A stretch of DNA of 63,902 nt, the filler included, from Octopus bimaculoides (lineage: Eukaryota), in the NCBI RefSeq assembly GCF_001194135.2. It is 4 parts of 4 records of this genome, joined end to end, with 100 filler letters (N's around TTAATTAATTAA, not from the genome) between each part and the next. Parts side by side here need not be neighbours in the genome. Positions count along the whole stretch, not along the records: positions 1 to 28,669 come from NC_068982.1; 3 more parts are not named here. One strand, given 5' to 3'. Position numbers and translations under genes: made by a program. Below the pieces are notes generated by a model that saw only the letters and a list, made by a program, of their open reading frames with translations, was not told the DNA's origin and made no database searches. Numbering within the stretch: position 1 is the first letter of the stretch; each line of letters starts with the position of its first letter. Below are positions 12,995 to 25,974 of this stretch, piece after piece.

Positions 12995-13188
12995 ACGGGC
13001 AGCATTTTCGGGGGAAGGGATGAGTCGATTATATCGACCCCAGGGTTCAACTGGTACTTATTTTATCGACCCCGAATGGATGAAAAGTAAAGTCGACCTC
13101 AGCAGAATTTGAAGTCAAAACGTAGCGACGGGTGAAAAACTGCTAAGCATTTCGTCCGGCGCGCTAACGATTCTGTCAGCTCACTGCC
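12995..13188 (-). mobile_element. SINE family B
   Basis: Reverse complement contains ggcagtgagctgacagaatcgttagc...gacttcaaattctgctgaggtcgactttacttttcatccattcggggtcgataaaataagtaccag. Confidence 0.85.
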
Positions 13189-13484
13189 TTAATAATTATA
13201 ATGATGATGGTGATGATGATGATGATGATGAACTTATTGTATAAAGTGCTCAAGTGCACTATTATGCTCAGGTGTGCTACAGGTGCCTTGCTGCTTATGA
13301 TATCTTTCCGTGGAATTTCTGGACAGTGGTGCTTTGAAATCTGAAGAAAGTTGTTGCTTATTTTTTTCCATACAGAAACGAAATATTTACGCTTCCATGG
13401 CAAGTAAAAATGAGAAAGAAGTCAAACAAGTAGCAGAATATATATGGCAGATTTCACTAAAAACTGATAAAAATAAGAGAAAGA

Positions 13485-13598
<114 letters not shown>

Positions 13599-14074
13599 GA
13601 AAAGCATAGTTGGAAAAAGCAAAACAAGTGAAAATAGAGTGAAATAGAGTTTAAAACATGAAAGGGACACGAAAATATGGGAAATTATCCTAATTTATTC
13701 CATGAATCTGGAAACAGGTACTCCCTTACGCCTCTGTCTATGAAGAGAACTGATAGCAAATAACTACTGAAAGCAAAAACAGTGTAGAATTTTACTTTAA
13801 CGGTTAGTCTAATTTGCAAACTGTGCGCTTGTCGGTCACGTGATTAAATATTTAATGAATATTCATGGTCAGAACAGCGTGCATTGGAAATTCTCAGATT
13901 AATTGAAAGTACATAATCTACAAGTTTTTTTTGTCGTGTAAATGTAAATAGATGTAACTGTATCTAGTTTTTCTTTTCGAACTGGGAATTTAGCGTTAGT
14001 GTATAAGCAGAGTATAACAAGATATATTCATATCTCTTTCTCTCTTTCAGGTTTCCACAGCGAAACGCTTGCAA

Positions 14075-14076
<2 letters not shown>

Positions 14077-14107
<31 letters not shown>

Positions 14108-14165
14108 GCTACTACTACTACTGCTACTGCTACTACTACTGCTACTGCCACTGCTACTGCTGCTG

Positions 14166-14204
<39 letters not shown>

Positions 14205-14210
14205 ATACTG

Positions 14211-14257
<47 letters not shown>

Positions 14258-14264
14258 GCCACTG

Positions 14265-14358
<94 letters not shown>

Positions 14359-14370
14359 TGATAATAATAA
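14077..14370. repeat. Compound (ACT/GCT)n-(TAA)n microsatellite
   Basis: Direct reading; it explains the poly-T/Y/S/V/I ORFs in the track. Confidence 0.97.
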
Positions 14371-15042
14371 CCAAAGCGTCTCCGCTGTGCCGCATCTGCA
14401 ATAGAGTGGATGAAACCATTGCCCATATCACGAACGAATGCCCTAGACTTGCCCAAAACCGCTACGACCAGGTAGCGAAAGTGCTACATTGGAAACTGTG
14501 CGAAACTGGGAGCTAGAGAGATGCAAGACGTGGTATGAGCACAAACCGCAGAGACTGGCAGAATCGGAGACTAGCAAAATCCTCTGAGATTTCCCAATCC
14601 AAACAAATCAGGTCTTAGAGTATAACAGACCGGACCTAGTGGTGTTGGACAGGGTGCACCACATGCGCTATGTAGTTGACGTTGCATGCTCCTTTGACCC
14701 ACGAATAGCCAAGAAGGAAAGCAAAAAGATAGATAGATAGATACAACCCTCTTAAGTACGAAATAGCCCGGCTATGGAAAATGAAGAAGGTGAAGACAGT
14801 GCCAATTATTGATGGGTCCTTGGGAACCGTAGAAGAAGGCATCAAGGGTAATATAAAGGAAACTGAATTAGAGTGCCCAGTAGAACTTTTACAACAGGTT
14901 TGCCCCCTTGGCACGGCCATATTAATCAAGAAAGTATTAGATAGCTGAAAAGAAGGAATAGCATGGTACCGTAGGTTGCAGGTAGTAAGCTCGCTACGCA
15001 TACAAGACTCCAGAAGCTCCAAGAAAACCTGTGATAAAGAGA
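14371..15042 (+). mobile_element. 5'-truncated R4/Dong-clade non-LTR retrotransposon (CCHC knuckle + restriction-like endonuclease), pseudogenised
   Basis: Translation across frameshifts gives CRICNRVDETIAHITNECP...VAKVLHWKLC...WYEHKP...KIL*DFPIQT...NRPDLVVLD...VVDVACSFD...KESKKIDRY..LKYEIARLW...VPII.GSLG...LGTAILIKKVLDS*. Flanked by (TAA)n. Confidence 0.9.
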
Positions 15043-15053
15043 TAATAATAATA

Positions 15054-15300
15054 ATCATAGTAGGTGCCTTAGGTATAATAAAAAAATATTCAGACAAATA
15101 CATAACAAAAACACCAGGACTTACAAATATATATAACATACAGAAAATTGCACTACTGGGCACTGCACACATCCTACGCATAACACTTTCAATACAGTAA
15201 ACATAAGAACACCACAGCAAACCACAGCACATACCCAAGGCGCACAGAGCTGCGCTCGGTAGTGAAGTGAAAGCACGTTATAAAAATAAAACTACTGAAC
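15054..15300 (+). mobile_element. Second R4/Dong-clade 3' fragment (different family)
   Basis: IIVGALGIIKKYSDKYITKTPGLTNIYNIQKIALLGTAHILRITLSIQ* (stop at 15198-15200), a ~100-bp 3' UTR, then (AAT)n. Confidence 0.85.
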
Positions 15301-15328
15301 AATAATAATAATAATAATAATATTAATG

Positions 15329-15375
<47 letters not shown>

Positions 15376-15510
15376 CCTTTCTACTATAGGCACTAGGCTT
15401 GAAATTTTGCGGGAGGGGCCAGGTCATCCTCGGCGGAATTAGAACTCAGAACATAAACGCGGACGAAATGCCGCTAAGCGTTTCATCCGGGGTGCTAGCA
15501 ATTCTACCAG
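15376..15510 (-). mobile_element. Family B2 SINE, internally deleted
   Basis: ccttctactataggcactaggcttgaaattt tail joined to ctcggcggaattagaactcagaac head; the central domain is missing. Confidence 0.7.
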
Positions 15511-15989
15511 ACATTCTTCAGAATGTAAAGAATGCAAATAGTGAGAGACAGAATTTTAAAATTTCATCGTTTGTTAAAAATATAGAAAATTCTTTTTTGT
15601 ATCAACGCGATTTCAGATGTGGAATTTAAGTGTTAATATAGTTATGAGCACGTATTTTACAAGTCAATTATTTCACAATTCAATTATTTTACAATTCAGT
15701 TATAACTTACTACTTCTATAGTGTATCATAAACCACCAAGAAACGGCAGGTGTATTTAACTACAGGTATATTAACCAACAACGTGCAGGTAATTAAATCG
15801 TTAAGAATACACATACACAAACCTTTTAAAGGTACCTATTCTTATATGTGTAGCTACAAACAGATAAAATCACATACACATATTGTTAGGTTTATACGCA
15901 ATAAAGTTCACTATGTATACCCAGCATACTCAAAAGCACTCAATCGCTTATACCCAGTGATGTATATACATGTATGTGTGAGTGTGTGT

Positions 15990-16375
<386 letters not shown>

Positions 16376-16468
16376 ACTACTACGTGTTTTCTATACTGAG
16401 CATATGTGTAGCTCCTACCTAATATTTATTTATATATATCTATATATGTATATCTATATGTATATATA

Positions 16469-16912
16469 GGCGTAGGAGTGGCTGTGTAGTAAGTAGCTAG
16501 CTTACCAACCACATGGTGCCGGGTTCAGTCCCACTGCGTAGTACCTTGGCCAAGTGTCTTCTACTATAGCCTCGGGCTGACCAAAGCCTTGTGAGAGGAT
16601 TTGGTAGACGGAAACTGAAAGAAGCCCTTCGTATGTATGCATATATGTATGTATGTATGTACGTTTGTATGTATGTATGTATGTATGTATGTATGTATGT
16701 ATATATATATATATATATATNNNNNNNNNNNNNNNNNNNNNNNNNNNGATGTTGGTGTGTTTACGTCTCCGCAATTTAGCAGTTCGGCAAAACAGATCGA
16801 TAGAATAAGTAGTAGGCTTACAAAGAATAGGTCCTGGGGTCGATTTGTTCGACTAAAGGCGGTGCTCCAGTATGGCCACAGTCAAATGACTGAAACAAGT
16901 AAAAGAATAAAC
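16469..16912 (+). mobile_element. SINE family C, full length (tRNA-like head + CORE-like domain + internal microsatellite + 3' half)
   Basis: ggcgtaggagtggctgtgtagtaag...gggttcagtcccactgcgtagtaccttggccaagtgtcttctactatagcctc, (TATG)n, then gttggtgtgtttacgtc...gactgaaacaagtaaaag. The accttggNcaagt motif resembles the CORE domain. Confidence 0.9.
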
Positions 16913-16945
<33 letters not shown>

Positions 16946-17229
16946 AAAAGATGGGATTAAAAAAACCTGGCAGATATCAAGTAAGCTCTCAGTATAAAGG
17001 AATAAGGTTAAATTTCCAACAAGTAGATATCAGTAAATGTATGTAGAATAGAAATCCCAGGTAAATCCTCATGCATGACAGGTAAATCCAATTATCATTA
17101 TGCAGAATTTTGATAACAACAATCAATAATATCTTTATTTTAGATCACACCTCAAAAATCCAACAGTTCTTTTAATTGCATTAACATATATATACATTTA
17201 TATATATTTTCATATATACACATATAAAT

Positions 17230-17267
<38 letters not shown>

Positions 17268-17469
17268 GCATACACACATACGTATACATAATATTATTAA
17301 AATTAATATGTACGAGAATTTATTTCAACACATGATTTAAAATAAAGATATGATTTTCTTCGTACACATAATTGATTGTTATATATATGTATGTGTGTGT
17401 GTGTGTGTGTGTATGTGTGTGTGTGCGTGTATGTGTACGCACGCGCGCGCGTGGGTATATATAAGTATA

Positions 17470-17635
17470 TTAATAATGAAGGATACTATTGGAAGCACCA
17501 GCATGCTAAAAATAGCAGTCATGAATGGCTCTCCCGACTTCACCATTGTGTGAAAGGGAAAATTTCTGGTTTTGAGTCATTATTAACTGCTATTCTTAGC
17601 ATGCTGGTGCTTCTAATAGTACCCTTCATTGTTAA
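17470..17635. mobile_element. Near-palindromic MITE (~165 bp) bounded by TTAA
   Basis: 17475-17519 vs 17586-17630 are 45-bp inverted arms with 3 A/G differences; TTAA at 17470-17473 and 17632-17635. Confidence 0.7.
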
Positions 17636-17638
17636 TTA

Positions 17639-17851
17639 ACTAGCTGGCTCCGTGCCGTCAAATATGACGGCTAATTGTAGTATTTTATATAGAAATAAGG
17701 GACAAATTAAGGTACATAATAATCACACATACAAACATTCACATACTTCTGTTGTACACGCACACACATACATATACTCACACAGTGTTGAAATGCTGTT
17801 TAATTTCTTTTAACAGCGTTTAATGTTCACCATCCCACTTCAATTGCACAC

Positions 17852-17895
<44 letters not shown>

Positions 17896-18647
17896 ACACA
17901 CAGAGAGAAACATTCACATGACTCCCTTGTACAGACAAATACATTTACTCACGCAGAGTTGAAACGCCATTTCATTTCTTTCACCGTAGAACTTCCATCA
18001 TCCCACTACCAAGTTTGTCATCATCCCTTCCTTCCTTATTCATTTATCACTCTTCCTTTCTCATTCATATGTTGTGAGGGAGAAATACACAAGTGTATTA
18101 TTATAGTAGAAGATATGGATGGTAATACAAATTAATACAATTGTCAATGGTATCTAGCAGTTGGCTTTTGAGATGTGACATCGACCATTGTTTATTACTG
18201 AAGGAACGCCAGTTCACACATACAAACATTCACATACTTCCCTTGCACAGGCATATACTCACACAGAGTTGGAATGCTGTTTGATTTTTATTTTCAGCGT
18301 TGAACGTTCACCATCCGCACGCACGCACATTCATATACCTCCCTTTCACAAACACACACACATATACTCGCACAGAGTTGTAACATTGATTTTTTTCACC
18401 CCCCTCCTTCGTTATTCATCTGTCACCCCTTTCTTTCTCATTCATATGTTCTGATGGACAAAACACAAGAATATTATTATAGTAGAGATACACGACGCGC
18501 TCTTTACCACTTCTCTCTCATTGTTATTACTTTCTCTCACTCCCTCTCATTCAGGGCTATTACTCTCACTACTTCTCCTTCACTGAATTACTATTTTCTC
18601 TCCTCTCTATACTACTTTTTCTCCTATTCCCTCCTTCGCGATTTTGG

Positions 18648-18653
<6 letters not shown>
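17639..18653. mobile_element. Putative Helentron/HINE-like element with internal tandem repeats
   Basis: Starts ACTAG, followed by the hairpin GCCGTCA-AATA-TGACGGC (17654-17671). Four diverged units (acattcacatacttc..catatactcacacagagttg) are arranged as two dimers (~17725-18115 and ~18212-18490). Ends at a (TA)n tract. Confidence 0.35.
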
Positions 18654-18707
<54 letters not shown>

Positions 18708-19005
18708 ACTACGCTCATTATTATATTACGAGTTGATTTTTTACTTTATGATTTTTTACGCATGCTAGCCACTGATATTATTGTGAATTATGAATAGTAA
18801 TATCCTTATATATTTTAATATACATACATACATGCATGCATAATACATCAGCATGACCGCAGCCACTTGGCTGAAACACATAAATAAAGAAAAAATACAT
18901 GCATACATACATACATACATACATACATACATACACACATATATATGTACGTATATATATGCAAATTAGATACATACATATATATATAAATATGTATGTA
19001 TGCCT

Positions 19006-19390
19006 GGAGGCGCAATGGCCCAGTGGTTAGGGCAGCGGACTCGTGGTCATAGGATCACGGTTTCGATTCCCAGACCGGGCGTTGTGAATGTTTATTGAGC
19101 GAAAACACCTAAAGCTCCACGAGGCTCCGACAGGGGATAGTGGCGAACCCTGCTGTACTCTTTCACCACAACTTTCTCTCACTCTTTCTTCCTGATTCTG
19201 TTGTACCTGTATTTCAAAGGGCCAGCCTTATCACACTGTGTCACATTGAATATCCCAGAGAACTACGTTAAGAGTAGACGTGTCTGTGGAGTGCTCAGCC
19301 ACTTGCACGTTAATTTCACGAGCAGGCTGTTCCGTTGATCGGATCAACTGGAACCCTCGACGTCGTAAGCGACGGAGTGCCAACAACAAC
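19006..19390 (+). mobile_element. SINE family A, full length
   Basis: Colinear with 1117-1500; ends gacggagtgccaacaacaac. Confidence 0.92.
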
Positions 19391-19431
19391 ATGTATGTAT
19401 GTATTTATGTATGTATGTATGTATGTATGTA

Positions 19432-19492
<61 letters not shown>

Positions 19493-19694
19493 GTGTCCTG
19501 CATAGTGCATATCAGATTTAATAGTGCTGGAAACCGCTCAGTCTTGATAAATTGGCGGTATACAACAAACAAAAGTAACGAACTGAAATAAGAAGCGGTT
19601 TGGATATGTTCTACTAAAACCCTTCAATCTATGACCCATGATGGCTGGTTGCTTACGACTGAGAGCAGTTTAAGGATAAATGAATAGTCTAAAG

Positions 19695-19954
19695 CAGGGT
19701 TTCTGAACAGTAGTCCCTTTGACCATTAGGGTACCATATAAGATTTTGTTGTTAATATTTATGTGCAATAAATGGGTTATGCTTCTACAATACACAAAAT
19801 ACTATAACAAATTTTTATAAAGTTCCTAATAATATTTAATATTCAATAGTAATAATATAATAGGATTATTTTAACATTAAATGATGTATGAAAGTACACA
19901 AGTAAAATAGAAACCAACGCGGGTCCACATGCAACAAATAGTTGAGAATCACTG
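19695..19954. mobile_element. hAT-like MITE
   Basis: cagggtttctgaac ... gttgagaatcactg termini; body shared with 4499-4781. Confidence 0.7.
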
Positions 19955-20353
19955 GTTTAAGAAAACTCGTGACGACTCCGACGAGGGGCAGGAGGAGGAC
20001 GAGAAGGAGGAGAAGGCGGAGGAAAACAATAAGGATAAAGACGGTGATGGTACACTTTTTGCAATGGCTAAAGTTAATTTGTCTAGTCCATTATTCAAAG
20101 TACTTGTCTAAATTTCAGCTTCTCCATTGCTGTTTTTGATGTTGCTTTTAGTGATAGGTTGTGTTGTTGCTTTTGCTGTTCTTGTGTCTGCTGTTGTTGT
20201 CGCTGTCGGCCATATTGTTTTTTATTGCTTTTGTTCTTTTTTACTATTGTTATTGTTGACTCCTTTTGTCTTCGTTGTTCTTTTTCTTTCTATTTATCTC
20301 TTCTATTTCTTCCGCTTCTTTACGATGATAGTCACCATCAACATTTTGTACGC

Positions 20354-20396
<43 letters not shown>

Positions 20397-20631
20397 CTTA
20401 AACTGTTGTTGTTGCAGATAATGCTGCCCTTCTTGCTATGAGTGATGACGTCAACATTAACAACCATCATGCTTATATTTCATCCAGTCACGAACAATAA
20501 TTTTGTAGGTTGCATGAGCCTACAGAATTGTCCATTGTGCTAATCAATGTTACTGTACTAATTAACTTGAATCGGTGGAGGAATTGAATCTGGGCTGACA
20601 GTATAACGTAAATATTCTATTCTTGAACCAC

Positions 20632-20702
<71 letters not shown>

Positions 20703-21531
20703 NNNNNNNNNNNNNNNNNNNNNNNNNNNNNNNNNNNNNNNNNNNNNNNNNNNNNNNNNNNNNNNNNNNNNNNNNNNNNNNNNNNNNNNNNNNNNNNNNN
20801 NNNNNNNNNNNNNNNNNNNNNNNNNNNNNNNNNNNNNNNNNNNNNNNNNNNNNNNNNNNNNNNNNNNNNNNNNNNNNNNNNNNNNNNNNNNNNNNNNNNN
20901 NNNNNNNNNNNNNNNNNNNNNNNNNNNNNNNNNNNNNNNNNNNNNNNNNNNNNNNNNNNNNNNNNNNNNNNNNNNNNNNNNNNNNNNNNNNNNNNNNNNN
21001 NNNNNNNNNNNNNNNNNNNNNNNNNNNNNNNNNNNNNNNNNNNNNNNNNNNNNNNNNNNNNNNNNNNNNNNNNNNNNNNNNNNNNNNNNNNNNNNNNNNN
21101 NNNNNNNNNNNNNNNNNNNNNNNNNNNNNNNNNNNNNNNNNNNNNNNNNNNNNNNNNNNNNNNNNNNNNNNNNNNNNNNNNNNNNNNNNNNNNNNNNNNN
21201 NNNNNNNNNNNNNNNNNNNNNNNNNNNNNNNNNNNNNNNNNNNNNNNNNNNNNNNNNNNNNNNNNNNNNNNNNNNNNNNNNNNNNNNNNNNNNNNNNNNN
21301 NNNNNNNNNNNNNNNNNNNNNNNNNNNNNNNNNNNNNNNNNNNNNNNNNNNNNNNNNNNNNNNNNNNNNNNNNNNNNNNNNNNNNNNNNNNNNNNNNNNN
21401 NNNNNNNNNNNNNNNNNNNNNNNNNNNNNNNNNNNNNNNNNNNNNNNNNNNNNNNNNNNNNNNNNNNNNNNNNNNNNNNNNNNNNNNNNNNNNNNNNNNN
21501 NNNNNNNNNNNNNNNNNNNNNNNNNNNNNNN

Positions 21532-21569
<38 letters not shown>

Positions 21570-22084
21570 CTTAGCTTCCCATTCATATTTTAATTCTGAC
21601 TTATCTGTCCTTTCATTTATTCGATTTCATTCATTTATACAGCCGGTATTTTTCCTGTTATTGATGGATACATTCCGCTTCTTCTTATATATTCTTTACA
21701 TATTTCTTACTTCTCCGATTTCTATATATTTCTTGGAATGAATATTTGTGTATTCATTCCCTCCCTCTTTCATAATACTTTCAGCGTTCGTGTGTTTCCG
21801 ATTTTTTCTCTCAGTTTCTATATAATCATTCGAGCGTTCATTCATTCATTTATATATATATACATACATACATAGGCTTCTCCCAGTTATATATTTCATT
21901 TTCATCCATTTATACTACCGGTCTTTCATTCATACAAATCTCTATATTTTCATGTCTTTCCTTTTTCTTTACTTATATTTATATATGCACTGTTTCATTA
22001 TTTTGATTTCTTGCTTTTACATTCCTTTCCATTTTTCCATTCATTTATATCACAATTGTTTCGTTCATTTATAATTTTATTTAT

Positions 22085-22438
22085 CTTGTCCATAGCCTCG
22101 GGTTGACCAAACCCTTTTGAGTAGATTTGGTAGACGGAAATTGAAAGAAGTCCGTCGTATAGACATGTATGTGTGTGTGTGTGTATCTGTGTGCGCGTAC
22201 GTGCATGTGTGTGTGTGTTTGTATGTGTGTGTATGTCTGTGTGTGCTTGCTCCCCACAACAATAGGTGCTGTTTTGTTTACGTCCCTGTAAATTAGTGGT
22301 TCACCAAAAGATTCCGATAGAATAAAGTAGCAGGCTTTAAAAACAAAAAGTACTGGGGTCGATTCATTCGACTTGAAGAACTTCAAGGCGGTACCTCCAG
22401 AATGGCCGCAGGCTAATAAGTGAAGAAAGTAAAATATG
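22085..22438 (+). mobile_element. SINE family C, 5'-truncated
   Basis: catagcctcgggttgaccaaa...gatttggtagacggaaattgaaagaagtccgtcgtat, (TG)n, then the 3' half. Confidence 0.85.
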
Positions 22439-22449
22439 AATATATATGC

Positions 22450-22590
22450 ACACGACGGTCTTCTTTCATTTTCTGTCAACCAAATCCAAAGTTGTCGTCA
22501 GCCGAAGCAATAGTAAAAAACACGCCGTGGGATGGAACCTGGAACCATGTGGTTGGGAAACAAACGTTTTACTACACAGCTACGCCCGTG
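22450..22590 (-). mobile_element. SINE family C, 5' half
   Basis: Reverse complement: gtagctgtgtagtaaaacgtttgtttcccaaccacatggttccaggttccatccc... Confidence 0.7.
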
Positions 22591-22824
22591 CCTCGTTTTC
22601 ATTTCTTTCCATTTTTTTCAGTTATATATTCTGTCTTTCGTTATTTCATAGTCTGCTCTGATTTTACAAGTTTCTCTATTTCCTTCATGTTCTGTTTTAT
22701 ATTTATATATTCACTAAAATCTTTGTTTTACGTTTCAATCTCGGATTATCTTTCCTTCTTTCATTCAATTTTATTAATTTATATAAAGACAAATACGAAC
22801 ACCCATGCTATATATAAATATATA

Positions 22825-23667
22825 CAGGGCCGGTGAATATACTGTCGTCTAAATTACGCAAAAATGAAAATAACACTTACATCTCATTTTAGCAGATATA
22901 TTTACCAAAGTTACATCAAAATATCTTGAAATACTAAAGAGTAAATTTATTCAATAAAATCACCGTTGGCTTCAACCACAGCATCCAAACGACTTCAGAA
23001 TCCTCTGCAACTCTTCTGGATGGTTCCCTTGTTTAAATTCGTGAATGTTGCCATAAACCTTGCCTTCAGTTCATCTTTGGTGTTACAAGGAGTTTTCTTG
23101 GTCTCCCGCTCAACTGCACTCCACACATGATAATCAAGGGGGTTGCAGTCTAGAGAGTTAGGTGGCTAGGAGTGATGTGGTCGGAGAAATTGTCTGATAG
23201 CCATGACTGAGTTCTCCTGCTTGTGTGGCATGGTGTATAGTCCTGTTGCTAGACATAGGGTCTTCCAGCAGCCACCCTGTTGGCCCATGGCATCACTATC
23301 TCCTCCAGGAACTTGATGTAGGCCCTCGTGCTGAATCTGAGGCCGTGTGGGAAGATGAATGGAGACATAACGTCGCCACCACAAATGATCACTCCAAATA
23401 ACATGGTGTTGATTGGATGTTTGATTTTTATCATTCTCGGTACATATCCTCAGACGGACACCCAAACACTTAGAAATGTTCGTATTGTAGCTTCCGGCGC
23501 GAATGCCATGTCGTACAGCATGTCGTTTCCAAAAATTCTGGCGTTTTCCTCACAGACGGTGCCCGACTGACCTTACTATACTGTGTAGTCGACAAAATAA
23601 AAATCAAACGGTGCGCATGTGCGAAATAAAAAATATAAAATGGTGACAATTTACACATCGCACCCTG
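22825..23667 (-). mobile_element. Internally deleted Tc1/mariner transposon, maT (DD37D)-like
   Basis: TA|CAGGG at both ends with imperfect TIRs. Minus strand encodes an HTH start (KRHAVRHGIRAGSYNTNISKCLGV) fused to ...FGVIICGGDVMSPFIFP...PYV*QQDYTPCHTS...PNSLDCNPLDYHVWSAVE...VEANGDFIE*. D-to-D spacing is 37 only after restoring an inferred ~7-bp deletion. Confidence 0.85.
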
Positions 23668-24550
23668 TACACACACAGACACACACACACATCTAAGAAA
23701 AAGTTTAAAATAATAGCCATTACATATATTTTCTTTATGCAAAAATTTCGTAAGTCCAAAGGGTTGCTTTTTCAGAAAACGAAAAAAAATTGTTTCACCA
23801 TTCCATAGCAAAACCGTCGTACTCCACTTTGATAATTTTTGGTATATTGGCATCTGAAGCAGCTAGAGATACGATAGTTTGGCCAAAAGAACCGGCTATT
23901 GCAAGCAAAAATANNNNNNNNNNNNNNNNNNNNNNNNNNNNNNNNNNNNNNNNNNNNNNNNNNNNNNNNNNNNNNNNNNNNNNNNNNNNNNNNNNNNNNN
24001 NNNNNNNNNNNNNNNNNNNNNNNNNNNNNNNNNNNNNNNNNNNNNNNNNNNNNNNNNNNNNNNNNNNNNNNNNNNNNNNNNNNNNNNNNNNNNNNNNNNN
24101 NNNNNNNNNNNNNNNNNNNNNNNNNNNNNNNNNNNNNNNNNNNNNNNNNNNNNNNNNNNNNNNNNNNNNNNNNNNNNNNNNNNNNNNNNNNNNNNNNNNN
24201 NNNNNNNNNNNNNNNNNNNNNNNNNNNNNNNNNNNNNNNNNNNNNNNNNNNNNNNNNNNNNNNNNNNNNNNNNNNNNNNNNNNNNNNNNNNNNNNNNNNN
24301 NNNNNNNNNNNNNNNNNNNNNNNNNNNNNNNNNNNNNNNNNNNNNNNNNNNNNNNNNNNNNNNNNNNNNNNNNNNNNNNNNNNNNNNNNNNNNNNNNNNN
24401 NNNNNNNNNNNNNNNNNNNNNNNNNNNNNNNNNNNNNNNNNNNNNNNNNNNNNNNNNNNNNNNNNNNNNNNNNNNNNNNNNNNNNNNNNNNNNNNNNNNN
24501 NNNNNNNNNNNNNNNNNNNNNNNNNNNNNNNNNNNNNNNNNNNNNNNNNC

Positions 24551-24869
24551 CAGACCGGGGCGTTGTGAGTTATTGAGCGAAAACACCTAAAGCTCCACGA
24601 GGCTCCGGCAGGGGATGGTGGCGAACCCTGCTGTACTCTTTCACCACAACTTTCTCTCACTCTTACTTTTGTTTCTGTTGTGCCTGTAATTCAAAGGGTC
24701 AGCCTTGTCACACCGTGTCACGCTAAATATCCCCGAGAACTACGTTAAGGGTACACGTGTCTGTGGAGTGCTCAGCCACTTGCAGGTTAATTTCATGAGC
24801 AGGCTGTTTTGTTGATCGGATCAACTGGAACCTTCGACGTCGTAAGCGACGGAGCGCCAACAACAACAA
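24551..24869 (+). mobile_element. SINE family A, head lost in gap
   Basis: Colinear with other A copies from cagaccgggg onward. Confidence 0.9.
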
Positions 24870-25735
24870 TACTTATATAGAATTCTTTCACTGTCATAGA
24901 ATTCTTTCACGTCTCTACATGTGTTTCGTCTCTCCATATATTTTGTTTCGTTTTTTGTTCTTATCATCCGATCATAAATTTTGTATAATCATTCTTTCAA
25001 AATATTTACTTTGTTAGTAATATCTGTAGTTTTCGTTTCATTTTCTCTTTTTTTTTTGTCATTCACTCTGTCCTTCATTCAAATCTCTTTCTACATTCAT
25101 GTTTCTTTTTATCTTTTCGTTCAGATCCTTTCTATTATTCACCATTTTCATTGTTTCAAACTTCTTTTCATCTTTCCATGTCTTTTAAGTTATTTTTCGT
25201 TTCATCCATTTATATAGTAACTATTTTGTTGTTTATCTTTGTCTTTACATGACTTTAATTTCTTTTGTTCGTCATTTAAACATTCATCTATTAGCGGGTT
25301 CGTTCTTTTTGATTTATCACTATATTTGCTGTTTGTATTTCTTACACTTATTTTCATTCATATATTTATATACTCACTATTGTAACTTACTTTTCCATTC
25401 TGTTTTTAACAGTTAAATTTTGATTTATATAATTTCTTATTATTTGTGTGTGTGTGTGTATTCGTTCCTGGTCCATTATTTTACTATTGAAATAAATAAT
25501 TAATATTCTGTCATTAAATATGGCTATATATATTCCCAAAATATAGAAATAACAGAGAAATGTTTCAAAAATTGGAAATAGAATATATATTACATATAAA
25601 CGTATGTATATANNNNNNNNNNNNNNNNNNNNNNNNNNNNNNNNNNNNNNNNNNNNNNNNNNNNNNNNNNNNNNNNNNNNNNNNNNNNNNNNNNNNNNNN
25701 NNNNNNNNNNNNNNNNNNNNNNTATATATATACAT

Positions 25736-25796
<61 letters not shown>

Positions 25797-25974
25797 CAGA
25801 TGCACATTTACATACATATGCCTATATATGTATCTCTGTGCGTATTACACACACACATGCAAACACACTCACACACACGCACGCATCCATATATCTACTT
25901 TTTATCATTTATAATCGGCAGAAGTGAAAAAAAGCAATGGAAAAAGTATATACACACACACACATGAGCGTATG

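Noticed and set aside
13835-13843. GTCACGTGA E-box in unique sequence
   Set aside because: A single short motif with no promoter context; expected by chance.
14033-14404. Strong AG acceptor followed by a poly-Thr/poly-Asn open frame (mucin-like)
   Set aside because: The frame is pure ACT/GCT/AAT microsatellite running into a Dong fragment, and no donor was found.
14636-15238. 200-aa minus-strand ORF
   Set aside because: Antisense shadow of the R4/Dong fragments.
20558-21741. Long ORFs across N gaps and (TA)n/(CA)n tracts throughout the track
   Set aside because: Artefacts of translating Ns and dinucleotide repeats.
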